Assembly (NCBI GenBank): GCA_964016885.1
Contig: OZ024743.1
Coordinates: 304,792,001 to 304,856,000, forward strand
DNA from: Eledone cirrhosa
Lineage: Eukaryota
DNA length: 64,000 nucleotides
Direction: 5' to 3'
The notes below the pieces were generated by a model. The model was not told the DNA's origin, searched no databases, and saw only the letters and a list, made by a program, of their open reading frames with translations. A program made the position numbers and the translations under genes. How positions within the stretch are numbered: position 1 is the first letter of the stretch; each line of letters begins with the position of its first letter. Below, in pieces: positions 1 through 12,519 of the stretch.

Positions 1-89
1 TTTTATTTTGCAAGTATATCTTTGCAAATAAATAGCATAGTTAAATTTTAATAGTGAAAATAACTACAACTTATCTGTTTGTTTTATAG

Positions 90-431
90 GAGACTATCTG
101 GCCTATGAAAGTTACTACAGTCGCGGGAGTAAAAGCTCTGTGATATCACCTATGGCTGATTTACCGCCATTCAACACCAAAGTCACTTTCTCTTACTACA
201 TGACTGGTAATGAACTACAAGTAAGATTTGTGGATGATGGAGTAAAACCACAGAATACTGAAGCAAAATATGACTGGCAAGATTCTGGAAACCATGGGGA
301 TAAATGGCAATATGGTTGCATGAATTTACCCAGTAAAAGAGGAAGAATTATATTCACTGCTACTGCTGGAAATGCAATAAATAAAAGAATGGCTCTTGAT
401 GATATTACTATTGAGAATGGCACTTGTCAAA
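90..431 (+). CDS. Internal exon of a tandem MAM-domain protein (C-terminal half of MAM domain A)
   Basis: Acceptor ttttatAG at 88-89, donor GTacgt at 432. 342 nt, phase 1-1. Translates (G)DYLAYESYY...VTFSYYMTG...GNHGDKWQYGC...MALDDITIENGTCQ, carrying the MAM motifs F-x-Y-x-M-x-G, G-x-x-G-x-x-W and ALDDI-x-I-x-x-G-x-C. Confidence 0.88.
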
Positions 432-724
432 GTACGTATACTTGTTTTTCCCTTATTTACATGTGTTGCTCAGGTTTTTCAGCATTGCTGAACTTTTCTA
501 AGTATCTTACTTTTGTGTTGCCATTTTTTATGAAAAATATATATTCTCATATTTTAACTAAACTATTTATAACTTCACAGATGGAAACACTAAGTAGAGA
601 TCTACCCAATAAGGGTTGACCTGGGCATAAATAATAATAACAATTCACAAACTGAATTAATGTATTATATAGCTGTGTGTTTAAAAAAATGTGTATGGCA
701 ACAATGAGGGCATGAGAACTATCC

Positions 725-885
725 TACTAAATGGCACTTTAACCAAGTGTCCTTAATTATAGTCTCAGACCAACCAATGTTTTGAGTGAATTTGGTAGAG
801 GGAATCTATATGAAGCCTATCTTTTGTATGTGTGCATGTGTGTGTGTATATGTGTGTGTATGTGTGTGCATGTGCATACATGCTC
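725..885 (+). mobile_element. Degenerate SINE fragment followed by a (TG)n-like tract
   Basis: caagtgtcc..tatagtctcagaccaaccaatg..gagtgaatttggtaga..gaagcc resembles a common octopod SINE 3' region (from memory, not searched). An imperfect (TG)n tract follows. Confidence 0.45.
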
Positions 886-963
886 TGTTGCCAGTAGTCA
901 CGAAAGTCATATCAATACCATTTATAAAAACCTTACAGTGACAAGTTATGTCCTCCTAAATAA

Positions 964-1270
964 TGATTTCTAGTATAAGCACAAGGTCAGTAATTTGGGG
1001 GGAAGGGGAAAGTCGATTAAATCGACCCCAGTACGTTACTAGTGCTTTATTTTATCGACCCCGTAAGGATGAAAGGCAAAGTTAACGTTGGCGAATTTGA
1101 ACTCAGAACTTAAAGAGCCATAACTCAATGTTGCATAGCATGGTGTCTGATGCTCTATAATAATAATAATAATAATAATTGTTTCTACTTTAGGCACAAG
1201 GCCAGCAATTATCCAGTACATTACTGGTACTTTATTTTATCGACCCCGTAAGGATGAAAGGCAAAGTTAA
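964..1270 (-). mobile_element. Two tandem tRNA-derived SINE copies (964-1157 and 5'-truncated 1176-1270) separated by (TAA)n
   Basis: Both carry the reverse complement of ctttgcctttcatccttacggggtcgataaaataaag, the core shared with the copies at 3357-3663, 17849-18132 and 22892-23203. Confidence 0.85.
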
Positions 1271-2688
1271 TTCCTTGGCAGTCCCAGTTGTTACTTATAG
1301 CTTCGGTGTGTTGAACTGGAATATGAGTGAAAGCAAAAGTATCGACACCAAAGTCCGTAAGCTACTGACCTGTAATAGGATGCACCATCCAAAAGCAGAT
1401 GTGGATCGTCTTTACCTTCCTAGAACTGAAGGAGGCCGTGGCCTGATCCAATTTGAATTTGCTTACAAGACCACCATCATTGGACTGGCCAAATACCTAG
1501 AAACAACTAACGACTGTATGCTGAAACTTATTGAAATGCATGAGAGAAGTAAGAAGCTTCATTCTATCTTGAAGGAGAGCAAAAAATATGCTACTGATCT
1601 CATGCTAGATACCCAGGCTGGACAGACTAAAGAAACTGTTCCAACTGATGCTGCTAGGCACATAAAATCACTGGCAAAAGCAAAAGGGCAAGGACAATTA
1701 GCATCAAATTGTGAGCAGAAACCTCTGCATGGCAAATATGTGGCCTGTAGCAAACAAGCTGATGTTGACCAAAAGCACACCCTTCAGTGGCTATGTAGTT
1801 CAAGGCTAAAGCCGGAGAGTGAAGGTTTCATCTTAGCTGCCCAAGATCAAAGCTTATTGACTCGTAATTACCAGGCCAATGTGATGAGAAACGGAATAAA
1901 CCCAAAGTGCCGATTCTGCAATGCTGGGGTTGAAACAGTGGATCACTTAGTCTCTGGATGTAAAGTTTTAGCACCAGTAGAATACAAATATAGACATGAC
2001 AGAGTTGGCCAATATCTACACTGGGGTAATATGTCGGCATTACAAAATCAAAGCAGAAGACAAGTGGTACAACCATCACCCTGAGGCTGTAACTGAAGGA
2101 GAAAAAGTAACCATTCTCTGGGACTTTCCTGTACATACTGACAGGACCATAAAAGAAAATAGACCTGACATCATTATAAAAGATCAACATAACAAGGTCT
2201 GTTTGTTGATAGATATGAGCACCCCATGTGATCACAATATCGCGGCAAAAGAATTTGACAAGCTACGAAAATATGAAGATCTGCTTATTGAAATTGAGAA
2301 AATGTGGCACCTCAAGGCTGTTACAATACCATTGATTGTGGGAGGACTGGGAATGATTAAGAAAGGAACAGAACAATATTTGCGAATGATTCCTGGTTTA
2401 CCCTCTCTGCTGCACGAGGTGTAAAAAATTGTTTTGACTGGTACTGCACACGTATTGAGAAGAGCACTATCTCTGTAAGATTGATATCCCTCCTTGTATT
2501 TACATATGCATATGCACATGTGTATATATGTATACTGTTTTTTTAATTTTTTATTTATAATCAATGTGCTGTATTAACTGGCTTACCAATGCACACTGTG
2601 AATTTATTTGTTCTAGGTGTCAGGAAGACACTCGGCATATATCTCAGAAACAATAATGAAAGAAAATAAAAATAATAATAATAATAAT
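1268..2688 (+). mobile_element. 5'-truncated non-LTR retrotransposon, R4/Dong-like RLE clade (family A), defective
   Basis: Post-RT region HHPKADVDRLYLPRTEGGRGL, CCHC knuckle CRFC..ETVDHLVSGC, and restriction-like endonuclease RPDIII..LIDMSTP..KLRKYEDL. Frameshift near 2025, in-frame stop 2422-2424, natural stop 2476-2478, (AAT)6 tail 2671-2688. Confidence 0.9.
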
Positions 2689-3315
2689 GTTATCTCTGGG
2701 TGTCCAGAGCTGGTAAAAACTGACTATATTGAAAGTCACAACAGCATTGCCAAATATGTGCACTGGATGCTCTGCCGCTTTCATGACATCCAAACGTCTA
2801 ACAAATTGTATGAACATCAACCATAAACAGTCATAGAAAAGGGCAACAAATCCATCTTGTGGGAAATGCCTGTGATAACCGACTGAAAAAAAAAAAATCA
2901 CTGCCAACAGACCAGATATCAGCATAAAAAACAAAACAGATCGGACATGTAGCCTTATATATATGTCCATACCAGCTGACAAGAATACATCTATAAAAAC
3001 AATGGCAAAACTGTCAAACTACAAAGACCTGGAAATAGAGATCAACCACATGTGGAAGGTATCCTGTAGTAATAGGAGCATTAGGATTAATACCGAAACC
3101 CTCAGACCTGCACCGTAGCATCCTTCCCTGCAAGATGAGCAAATATGAGCTACAGAAGATCGAGCTACTAGGAACACCACACATTCTCAGAAAAGTACTC
3201 TCTCTTCAATGAAAACATCTATTGCTTTAGGTTCAAGGCCTGAACCTGGCTACAGAGAAACAACTGAGCTAAACAAAATAACACAACAAAAACAATAATA
3301 ATGACAATAATAATT
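2689..3315 (+). mobile_element. 5'-truncated R4/Dong-like LINE 3' end (family B), defective
   Basis: 2689-3018 aligns closely by eye to 6956-7276. It continues KLSNYKDLEIEINHMWK..VIGALG..LLGTPHILRKVLSLQ* and ends in an A/AAT-rich tail. Confidence 0.85.
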
Positions 3316-3356
3316 ATTATTATTATTAATATTATTGAAGTTAATGAACTAATATT

Positions 3357-3663
3357 ATTTCATCCTTTCATCCTTACAGGGTCGATAAAATAAAGTACCA
3401 GTAATACACTGGGATAATTGCTGGCCTTGTGCCAACAAGTAGAAACAATTATTTCATAACTGGTGGCGGATTGGCAGTATCCATAGAGGGTCGGACACCA
3501 TGCTTTCCAGCATAGTTACGTCCCTTTATGGTTTGAGTTCAATTCCTGCCAAGGTTAACTTTGCCTTTCATCCTTACGGGGTTGATAAAATAAAGTACCA
3601 GTAATGCACTTGGATAATTGCTGCACTTGTGCCAAAAAGTAGAAAGTATTATTTCATAACTGG
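3357..3663 (+). mobile_element. Partial SINE plus a full-length SINE (about 3464-3647) with a 16-bp target-site duplication
   Basis: tRNA-like head (tggcggattggcag..gagttcaattcc) and the shared core. TSD attatttcataactgg at 3448-3463 and 3648-3663. Confidence 0.88.
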
Positions 3664-3708
3664 AAGTATCATGTTGAAGAGAAGAAGTTAAAGAAAAATC
3701 AATAAAAA

Positions 3709-3850
3709 GCACCAGTAGTAGGGAATGGGAGTGTCTTAATGGGACACCACGCCCTGCTAATATTATCTTGGTACCCAACACTTCATTGGATCACGAACCC
3801 CACTGGTGCGTGGGCTAGATCCATACTAGGATCAGTGGCTATGGGAGAGT
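3709..3850 (+). ncRNA. Candidate degenerate HDV-like ribozyme at the LINE 5' end
   Basis: P1 GCACCAG (3709-3715)/CTGGTGC (3803-3809); P3 TGG/CCA; P4 hairpin GCTAGATCC/GGATCAGT; then GGCTA and a weak P2 (CTTCAT/ATGGGA). L3 and P1.1 are non-canonical. Confidence 0.4.
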
Positions 3851-6800
3851 ACCCAGGCAGAAAACTAGACCCATAACAAATTGATGGTACTAACAAGAAG
3901 TAAATCATACTGCATCAGTCATCACATAGATTACCAAGGTCCACGTACCTCAGTGAGGAACCACACCGAGATAAAAACATCAGCAAATGGTACAACCCTC
4001 TCCCATACACCCTGCAGTGACCCACATACTGAGGATAGACCTCACAATCAGCCACAGGGTGACAACATCAAGGTACATGCTAAAAAGCCATGACAAACAT
4101 GGACCAGAGAAGAATACAAAGCAGTGATGGCTGCATACTATACTGTCGTCCTGTTTCCAAGAGAGAATTCGTCAACACAAGAAACTTATAGAATCTGGAG
4201 GAATTCCAACCTTAACTCTAGTGAATACATAGACATGAATAAGTTAGCTAATTTGAGAAGAGACGTTATGAGGAGCAAAAGGCTCACTGAATCAGAATTG
4301 GAAACCATTAAAGGAGAGATAAGTGGCTAACATAACAACCCCAGTCAAGAAGCATACCTGCATATAACACAAGCAGCAGACAGTGAGAGTATTACTGAAA
4401 CTCCAACAGTTGAGAACCTCCCTGAACATGAACATGTAGGTGATGGCTCACTGGTTGATGCTGCTGTCTGGACAATGAAGAAAGATATTCTGCGTGAGAG
4501 AAAGATTCTGAAAATGCAGGACTTGATAGATCTGAAAAAAATGTACAAAATGCCCACAGACATGCATCAACTAAAGAAGAAGGTCAACCTAGCTAACAAA
4601 GCACTAGAGGTAATCAGAAGGAACACAGAAAACTACTAACACTTGATGAAATTAACCAGCTGCTATATGCCACTGCAACCGTGATTGCTGGCAAGCTGCA
4701 CCATAAAATGCGTAAAGGGAAAAATAAACAGAAAGGGAATACTGAAATGGCAGACACCGCTGGAGAACACAATTACAGAGTTGAGGAGAGATGTCTCTCT
4801 CGTATTCGAAATAGATAAGGGAACTGATATCCACCCCCAAAAGCTTTCTAGACAGAGGAAGAAATACAAGGCCAACCAGACAACAGACTGGAAAGAAATT
4901 GCTGAATCAGTCAAGTAAAAGATACAGGCAAAGGCGCAGAGACTAAAAAGATGCAAAAAGAGAGCCAACTTCTTTAAACAAAACAACATCTTTGCCAAAG
5001 GTGACAAAAGATTTTATAGAGAGTTATGTAAGAAAAATATTGAAATAAGGCAACCACCTGAGCTTGATGAAGTTGAACAATTTTGGGCAAATATCTGGGG
5101 AAAAGCTAAAAACCACAACTCCAATGCCACATGGCTGAAACAATTGGAAATCCCTACTTGCACCCAGGAATGGAATTAGATCACCTCCCAAGAAATAAAA
5201 ACAGCAGTCAGCAATCTGGAAATCCCCTGGCAGAGATGGTGTGCAGAATTTGTAACTGAAACATCTGGATGTGCTCCATGAAGCCTTGGCTGCTGAATTC
5301 TCCAGGATTGTAGCAAACCCAAGAAAGGTCCCAAAGTGGATGACAACTGGCATAACGTATCTTCTACCAAAGAATGAATGCACAGAATATCGAAAAACTT
5401 CAGACCATTTACATGTCTCCCAACGATGTACAAAGCCTTCATATCAGTGATTACCAACAGGGTCTACAATTACTTCGTCTTTGGTGATCTATTGCCACCT
5501 GAACAAAAAGGCTGTAAACAAGAGAGTTATGGGTGCAAAAATCAGCTACTGATGAATAGATTCATAATGGAAAACTGCAAACAGAAAAATAAAAACCTGT
5601 CAATGACCTGGATAGACTACAAGAAGGCATTTGACAGTGTACCTCAGACCACCACTACATGGATCATGAATACTCTAGAAATCCATCACATAGCACCTGA
5701 GATCACAACTTTCCTGAAGGCAATGATGACAGACTGGAAATCTCCGATGGGCCTTCAACACCACAATGGACCACTGGAATCTAGACAGATCAAGATTAAT
5801 TATGGAATATTCCAAGGCGACACATTGACTCCTTTGCTGTTCCGTATGTCACTTGCTCCGTTAAGTCAGTTAGTGCAGAGGACAGGCTATGGATATAAAA
5901 TAGATAACAGCCACTACAGTCACCTTTATATGGATGATATCAAGTTATTTGGAAACAATGATGGGCAGCTGGAAGGTTTACTGCAAACAGTAAAACAATT
6001 CAGTGATGACATCCATGTTGAATTTAGACTGGACAAGTGTGCAAAAGCAACATTCAAGATAGGGTTGCTTTCTAACCATAAAGATATTATCATAGAACAA
6101 CAAACTACTATAAAGGAACTTAACAATCAAGAGTTCTACAAATATCTTGGAGTTAATGAAGGAGATGGAATCCAGCATGCAAGTATGAAGGGAAAGATAC
6201 GGAAGGAGTACATAAAGAGAGTGAAACTGGTAACAAAAAGTGAGCTAAACTCCTGCAACAAGTTCAAAGACATTAACAGTCTAGCATTACCAGTTGTAAC
6301 ATACCAGCTCTAATATCATAAACTGGAACCTGCAAGAACTACAAAGGTTGGACTCTAAGACAAGGAACCTACTGACAACAGAAAAAATGCACCACCCTAA
6401 AATCAATGTACATATACGCTGTATATCTCAGAGAGAGAAAACGTAAGGGGGCTCCAACAACTGGAAACTGCATACAAAACATCAACTATTTGATTGGATA
6501 GCTACCTCCACCACACCCAAGATGAAATCCTTAAGCCTGTACTCAAGCATGAATTAATTAAGGAACTACACTCAATAACAAAAGAGTCAAGAAAATTTAG
6601 GCAAAAGCTGAACATCGAACAAGACGTACCAATAGAAAATCAACACCAGAGAGCTGCACAGCTATCTATGACTGTGGAGATCAAAGCCAAGAAACTCCAA
6701 ACAGTGTAACTAAACCGTAAATGGAAGGCAAAACCACTACATGGCAGATTCCCAGAACGACTTTCTGACAATGATATCGATCAGCATGGCTCACTATCCT

Positions 6801-7276
6801 GGCACAGAAATATTGGTTTGAAAGTAGAGACTGAGGGACCCTTAGTTGCTACACAAAATCAATCTCTAAACACTTGGACCTCTAGACACAGAATAGTGAA
6901 AGATGGGACTATTCTATGCAGAATATGTTACAAACATGAAGAAACGGTAGATCATGTTATCTGGGTGTCCAGAGCTGGCAAAACTGACTATATCGAAAGA
7001 CACAATAGCATTGCCAAATATGTGCACAGGATCTGTCGCACTCATGACAGCCAAACGTATGATAGCCAAATGGTATGAACATCAACCATAAACAATCATG
7101 GAAAGGGCAACATATCCAATCTTGTGGGATATGCCTGTGATAACCAACTGAGAAATCACTGCCAACAGACCAGATATCATCATAAAAAACAAAACAGATT
7201 GGAGATGTAGCCTTATAGATATTTACATATCAGCTGACAAAAATACATCTATAAAAACAATGAAAAAACTGTCAAA
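3709..7276 (+). mobile_element. Near-full-length but decayed R4/Dong-like LINE (family B), 3'-truncated within the endonuclease
   Basis: One broken ORF from about 3881: N-terminal WTREEYKAVMAAYY; RT motifs FRPFTCLPTMYK, WIDYKKAFDSVP, GIFQGDTLTPLLF, YMDD (5927-5938), YKYLG; CRIC..ETVDH knuckle; RPDIII endonuclease start. Many stops and frameshifts. Confidence 0.92.
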
Positions 7277-7465
7277 ATGAGGGTGGTAGTGGTCTGAATG
7301 ACAATGATGATGATAATGATGGTGATGGTGATGGTGGTGGCAGTAGTGGTGGTCTGAATCATGATGGTGATGATGATAGTGATGGTGATGATGATGATGG
7401 TGGTGGTGGTGGTGGTCTTAATCATGATGATGAGGGTGGTGGTCTTAATGATGATGATGTTGATA
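7277..7465. repeat. Compound (GAT)n/(GGT)n trinucleotide low-complexity tract
   Basis: Runs of gatgat/ggtggt punctuated by a recurring ggtc(tg/tt)aat motif. Confidence 0.85.
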
Positions 7466-7739
7466 TATAAGTAGTCTGGGAGAGCAACTGAATCTAGATG
7501 AGGCTCTGCAAGTCCTCAAGCTTTCATGTCTACACATCATCATCATCATCATTTTCGTTTAACTTCCATCTTCTACGCTAGCATAGGTGTTTTTATCCAT
7601 AATTTGGGGGCAAGGCTAGACATGTTTATTTTCATATAGCATTAATTCTTATTATAGGGACATGTTATATAATTTTCTTATTTAAAATTTTCTAAATTAT
7701 ATTGTTTAATTCTAAGGTATATTATTATGTTAAGAACAA

Positions 7740-8212
7740 AGGTAGTTGTAAATTGGCAGTATTGCTAGAGTGTTGGACAACATGCTTTGGAGCATATAGT
7801 TACTGTCCTTTACATTCGAATTTAAAATCGCGTTGAGGTTATCTTTGCCTTTCATTCTTATGAGGTTGATAAGATAAAGCACCAGTTATGAAGTGGGGTT
7901 GATTTAATCAACTTTCCCCTTCTTTTGTACTGTTATTACCTTAACAACAGCAAGAAAAACTAATGTCAAAACTCCTACTTTAAATCTGATTTAGTTTTAT
8001 TCTTATTTTATATGTAATGACTATGGATTAACAGAATTGGTGGAGCACCAAACTTGTGAGATTTTGTTACATCTATTTATTTTTTTGTGCTCAAATCTTG
8101 CCAAGACCGATTTTGCTTTTAATACTTGTGAGATTGATAAAATAAGTAGATATTATGTACTTAAATGAATTTAATCAAATACTCCCTTCCCCCAAGTGTG
8201 TGGTCATGTACC
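7740..8212 (+). mobile_element. Two older diverged SINE copies (about 7740-7925 and 8025-8212)
   Basis: Degenerate core ctttgccttt(c)att..ggttgataa..a(g)accag and ttttgctttt..gattgataaaataagta. Confidence 0.65.
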
Positions 8213-8213
8213 T

Positions 8214-10530
8214 ATCATCATTATCATCATAATTTAACATCCATTTTCCACACTAGCATGGATTAGACAAGTTGTCCCATTAGAGGCATGTCAGGTCAGG
8301 TGACCATGTCTTGCTCATACAGAACTGTTTCTGGCTTGGTTTCTTTGGTTGGATACCTTTCCTAACACCAACCATGTTTACTGTGTGGGCTGAGTGCTTT
8401 TCATGACACCTTCACGACCTTTTTACAATGTAGACTGGGTGCTTTTTATTGTGGCACCATAACGACCACTTTACAGTGTGGAGTTGGGGCTGGGGTTTTG
8501 GTGTAAGGGCATGCATGAAAGGTGCGATGTTATAATGTGGGTGGAGTGTTAGGGCATGGGAGGTGTATGGAAGGGGAATGGAGGTTAGGGGTAAAGTGGT
8601 GCATACTAAAAGTATGCTTTAGCTTGTGTACATGGGAAGACATGTCTTCTGTATTATTGCATAATGTCAAAGATCTCAATCATGTGTCATTGCTTTTGAG
8701 AGGTGTAATTGTGTAAGGTTAGCTTTTATCACTTCATCCCAAATCTTCCTACTCCATAGCTTCCATCAACTTTGAGTACCCTGTTATCCTTCATATGCAT
8801 CACATGGCCATACCAATGCAATCTTCTCTCTTGCACACTGTATATAATCCCTCTTAAGCCCAGTTTCTCTTTCAGTTCATTTATACTTTGCCATTCATGT
8901 ATATTTCTATTACATATCCATCGGAACATGTAGGCTTCATTTCTTATCAGTCTTCACAGGTCCTCTGAACAGTGCCAAGGTTTCACAGCCATGCAGCTTT
9001 GCTGTTCATATACATGCATCATACAATCTGCCCTTCATTCATTTTGAGGGAAAAAAATGTTGTAGCTAGCAGCAGTAGCTCCCTGATCTTTCTCCAGGTT
9101 GTCACGCTCTGGCTACTGTAGTTTTGGAACACCCGCCTCCACTGCTTATTTGGTCACCCAGGTAACAGAATTTGTCAGCTATTTCTATAGAGGTCTCTGG
9201 GCATTTGAAGGAGCTAGTATTGTGTAGGATCTTGCTACTTACTGTACCTATGCATCAGCCACATATAAAACCAAATCACCATGGACACACTTATCCCCAT
9301 CATCACCACAATTTTCCCTGACACACTGCCTCACAATCCTGAATACCTCATGCCTTTGGTCCTTCCATTGCAGAACATACTTTTTTTTTTTTTTTTTTTT
9401 GCTTCCCTTCTTGCAAAGTACACTTGTCAGCTATATTCTCTCCTAGCCTGCTGATAGCGTTCTCTACTTCCCCCGTCATGCCATTCTTTCCATCTTTCCA
9501 TGCCTGTATTTTGGCATTAATTGTCTCCTCCACACCACTGTTCAACCACCAAGTCCCTGCTCCAAACCATAGATTTCGTTTGTCACCTTCAGTAGGTTAT
9601 CTTTCAGGATTTCCACTGCTCCTCTAAATTGTATGTCTCTATTTTCTCTTCCCTAATGTTGAAAGCCTCAAGCAACATACTTCTAAATTTGTTACTGGCT
9701 GCGGGGTCTTTTAATTTCTATATTCTTCTCCTCTAGATTGAACTTGGTCATCAAGTTCGTCTAGTCCTAACTATAAGGTCACTAACTACTAGGTTATTTT
9801 GGGAGGTGCATTCTTCACAAAGGAGAAACTTTCTGTTTACAACAGTCACTCTATATCGTCTTCTGGTAAGGATAGAATCTATCTGGCTGGTATACTCCCC
9901 TAATCTATAGGGGATCAAGTGATTGTCTCATTTTTTTGAAGTCCATGTTACAGAGAGATAAATCACTGGCATCAAAGAATTCCAGAAGCATCAAACCTTT
10001 CGCATTTATAGCACCAAACCCTAACCCCCATGGATCATGTCAAGCCATAACAGTGTTGCCTGCCCAATATACACATTAACGTCACCTGCAATTACTATGA
10101 AGTCACTGTCACTTATTTGAGAAATAGTGCGCATTAGGGAATCATAAAACCTGTCTTTTAGTATGTCCAACAGACCAGATATCGGTGCATATGCAGATAT
10201 AATTGTCACTGTTGTTCTATTTAGTAGTAGTCTAATTTTAATGATTCTGTTATTTACTATATTTACAGCTATTACCTTTTTATTACTAACATAATGGCTC
10301 TCTACCCAGCCCATTGTCATTTCTCACACAGAAAAATTTGTATCATTGTTTTTTGCCAACAAGGAATGTAAATGACATTTCCCTCCATGTAGCCACTTGT
10401 ACACAGCACACATCGACTTTCTTTTGTTCAAGCATTTCTACAATCTCTTCTGATGTTCCATTTCTTGTGCTGGTGTTGATGGTGCCAGCTCTGGAGTTAT
10501 GGAGTTCACTGGAAGGGTGAGAGAAAGAAG
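8214..10530 (-). mobile_element. Decayed RTE-clade LINE with internal deletion
   Basis: Minus strand: AP endonuclease TIISAYAP..DRFY..IAGDVN (10021-10320), then post-RT MFRWIC..VQERRLHWYGHV (8729-8929), then an (ATG)n-like tail near 8214-8230. RT core not seen. Confidence 0.8.
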
Positions 10531-11435
10531 ATGAAACATGGGGAGGGGGCGTGAGAAATTGATTGGTGTTGCTTTTGGTTTTCCATGTCTGAAATAAAGA
10601 AGAACATTAGCGTGGTTGTCTGTAGATTCATATTCATCTTTAGGAGTGCTCCAACTCTCCAGCTCTGTTACTCTTTTGCCATATGAAACAAGATTCAGAC
10701 AACTGTTAGTAGTGGTAGTAGCAGAAGAAGAAGTAGTTATTGCAATAGAAATTGAGTTTATAGTGTAGCATATTTCTGCTGCTGAGCTTTGTTTGGTCTA
10801 AATGGCTATGGAGGTGTATGGAAGTGGGTGAAGAGTAAATGGAAGATGATTCCAAATTGGGGAATATAAGAGTGGAGAAAATATTTTGAATACAAAGGAA
10901 AAAATAGGAAAGACACAGTGAAATATAAAAGGAAGGCATATTTTTCAAGTTTCTATTGAAGACAGAGGAAAAAATAATTACAGGAGAACTAGAGAGCCTC
11001 AAAACAAAGTTATGAGACCTGAAAAACTAAGATTAATGAATGAACAAACAATTGGGAGGAACACAAGTGATTTTACATAATTCCAGCTTTTTTCATACTT
11101 CCAGATTTTACAAACATACAACAACAGTAGAGTCAGATGAAATGACGATATAGGGGTTTATTTTAACTTCCATGAATTTCTATATTAGAAGCTATTATTA
11201 TTTCATATATTTGCTGGGGGATTGGGGAGAAAATCATAGAATTAGTAGTATAAATGATTATCTTAAAGTATTTAGTTTTGTCTTGAGTATTTCAGTTTAA
11301 ATATAACCCTTCTGGAGTCAATATAATTAATACCAGTCATACACCTGAGTTGATTTAATTCTTGTATAATCCTTATTTTCAGGTTTTTAATCTTCTTCTA
11401 TTGTAAGTAATCATTATTGTTTTTTTCCATTTTAG

Positions 11436-11594
11436 CTGGGATCACAAATCATGTATGCACATTTGATAACCCACTGCTCTGTGAATACACAATTAACTGT
11501 ATGGATCCTACTGAATTTACATGGAGAAGGAATTCAGGCAGTACATCATCAAGTGGAACAGGACCGTCTACTGACCAATCAAATAGCAAATATG
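11436..11594 (+). CDS. Internal exon, N-terminal half of MAM domain B
   Basis: Acceptor ccattttAG 11434-11435, donor GTaagt 11595. 159 nt, phase 1-1. Translates VCTFDNPLLCEY...FTWRRNSGSTSSSGTGPSTDQS, a classic MAM N-terminus (CxFD..C..W.R..G.T.S..TGP..D). Confidence 0.92.
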
Positions 11595-11956
11595 GTAAGT
11601 TATTTTTGTTTTATTTTAATACAATATTTTATAATGTAACTTCTTATAGAAATCAACAGGCTGAACAATTAAACAAAGGATTGCTATTTTGTACTGTATT
11701 ACAAGAGATATATACAATGTTCATGACAAAGACATATATTCTCAACAACCTCTAGCACTTCGATGTATATAAAAGTTTTATACTGTTGCCTACTGTAAAT
11801 AATAGAACTAATCTAAAATCTATGAATGGTTCATTAAGTTATGGCACTAAGATCAATACCTATGTGTGTAGATAGGAAAGCAAGAGATTCCAGCAGCTTT
11901 ACTTATGTTAAAGTCCTATTTAGTTAAAGATCTCACAACACTTAATACTAAAGATA

Positions 11957-12452
11957 ATATAATTTCATAGCAGATATTGTACGGATGTTATTATAAATTT
12001 TTCGAATGCCACTATTATATATAATTTCATAGCAGATATTGTACGGATGTTATTATAAATTTTTCGAATGCCACTATTATATATAATTTCATAACAGATA
12101 TTGTACGGATGTTATTATAAATTTTTCGAATGCCACTATTATATATAATTTCATAGCAGATATTGTACGGATGTTATTATAAATTTTTCGAATGCCACTA
12201 TTATATATAATTTCATAACAGATATTGTACGGATGTTATTATAAATTTTTCGAATGCCACTATTATATATAATTTCATAGCAGATATTGTACGGATGTTA
12301 TTATAAATTTTTCGAATGCCACTATTATATATAATTTCATAACAGATATTGTACGGATGTTATTATAAATTTTTCAAATGCCACTATTATATATAATTTC
12401 ATAACAGATATTGTACGGATGTTACTATAAATTTTTCAAATGCTACTATTAT
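11957..12452. repeat. 62-bp minisatellite, 8 copies
   Basis: Unit atataatttcata(g/a)cagatattgtacggatgttattataaatttttc(g/a)aatgccactattat, with markers spaced exactly 62 bp. Confidence 0.97.
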
Positions 12453-12519
12453 AATTATGAATGTTGATTTATAGGTGGAGTAAAAGCTGGGGGAAAAAAT
12501 ATCCATTATAAAAAAACAA

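Noticed and set aside
3464-3550. tRNA gene
   Set aside because: A/B-box-like motifs are the SINE head; it does not form a full cloverleaf and runs into the SINE core.
3935-3960. HDV-like L3 motif TCCACGT
   Set aside because: No matching P1 5' strand upstream; it lies within the LINE ORF N-terminus.
11957-12452. Common origin of the 62-mer and the 34-mer (shared tcata(a/g)ca)
   Set aside because: Only about 8 bp of AT-rich identity, compatible with chance.
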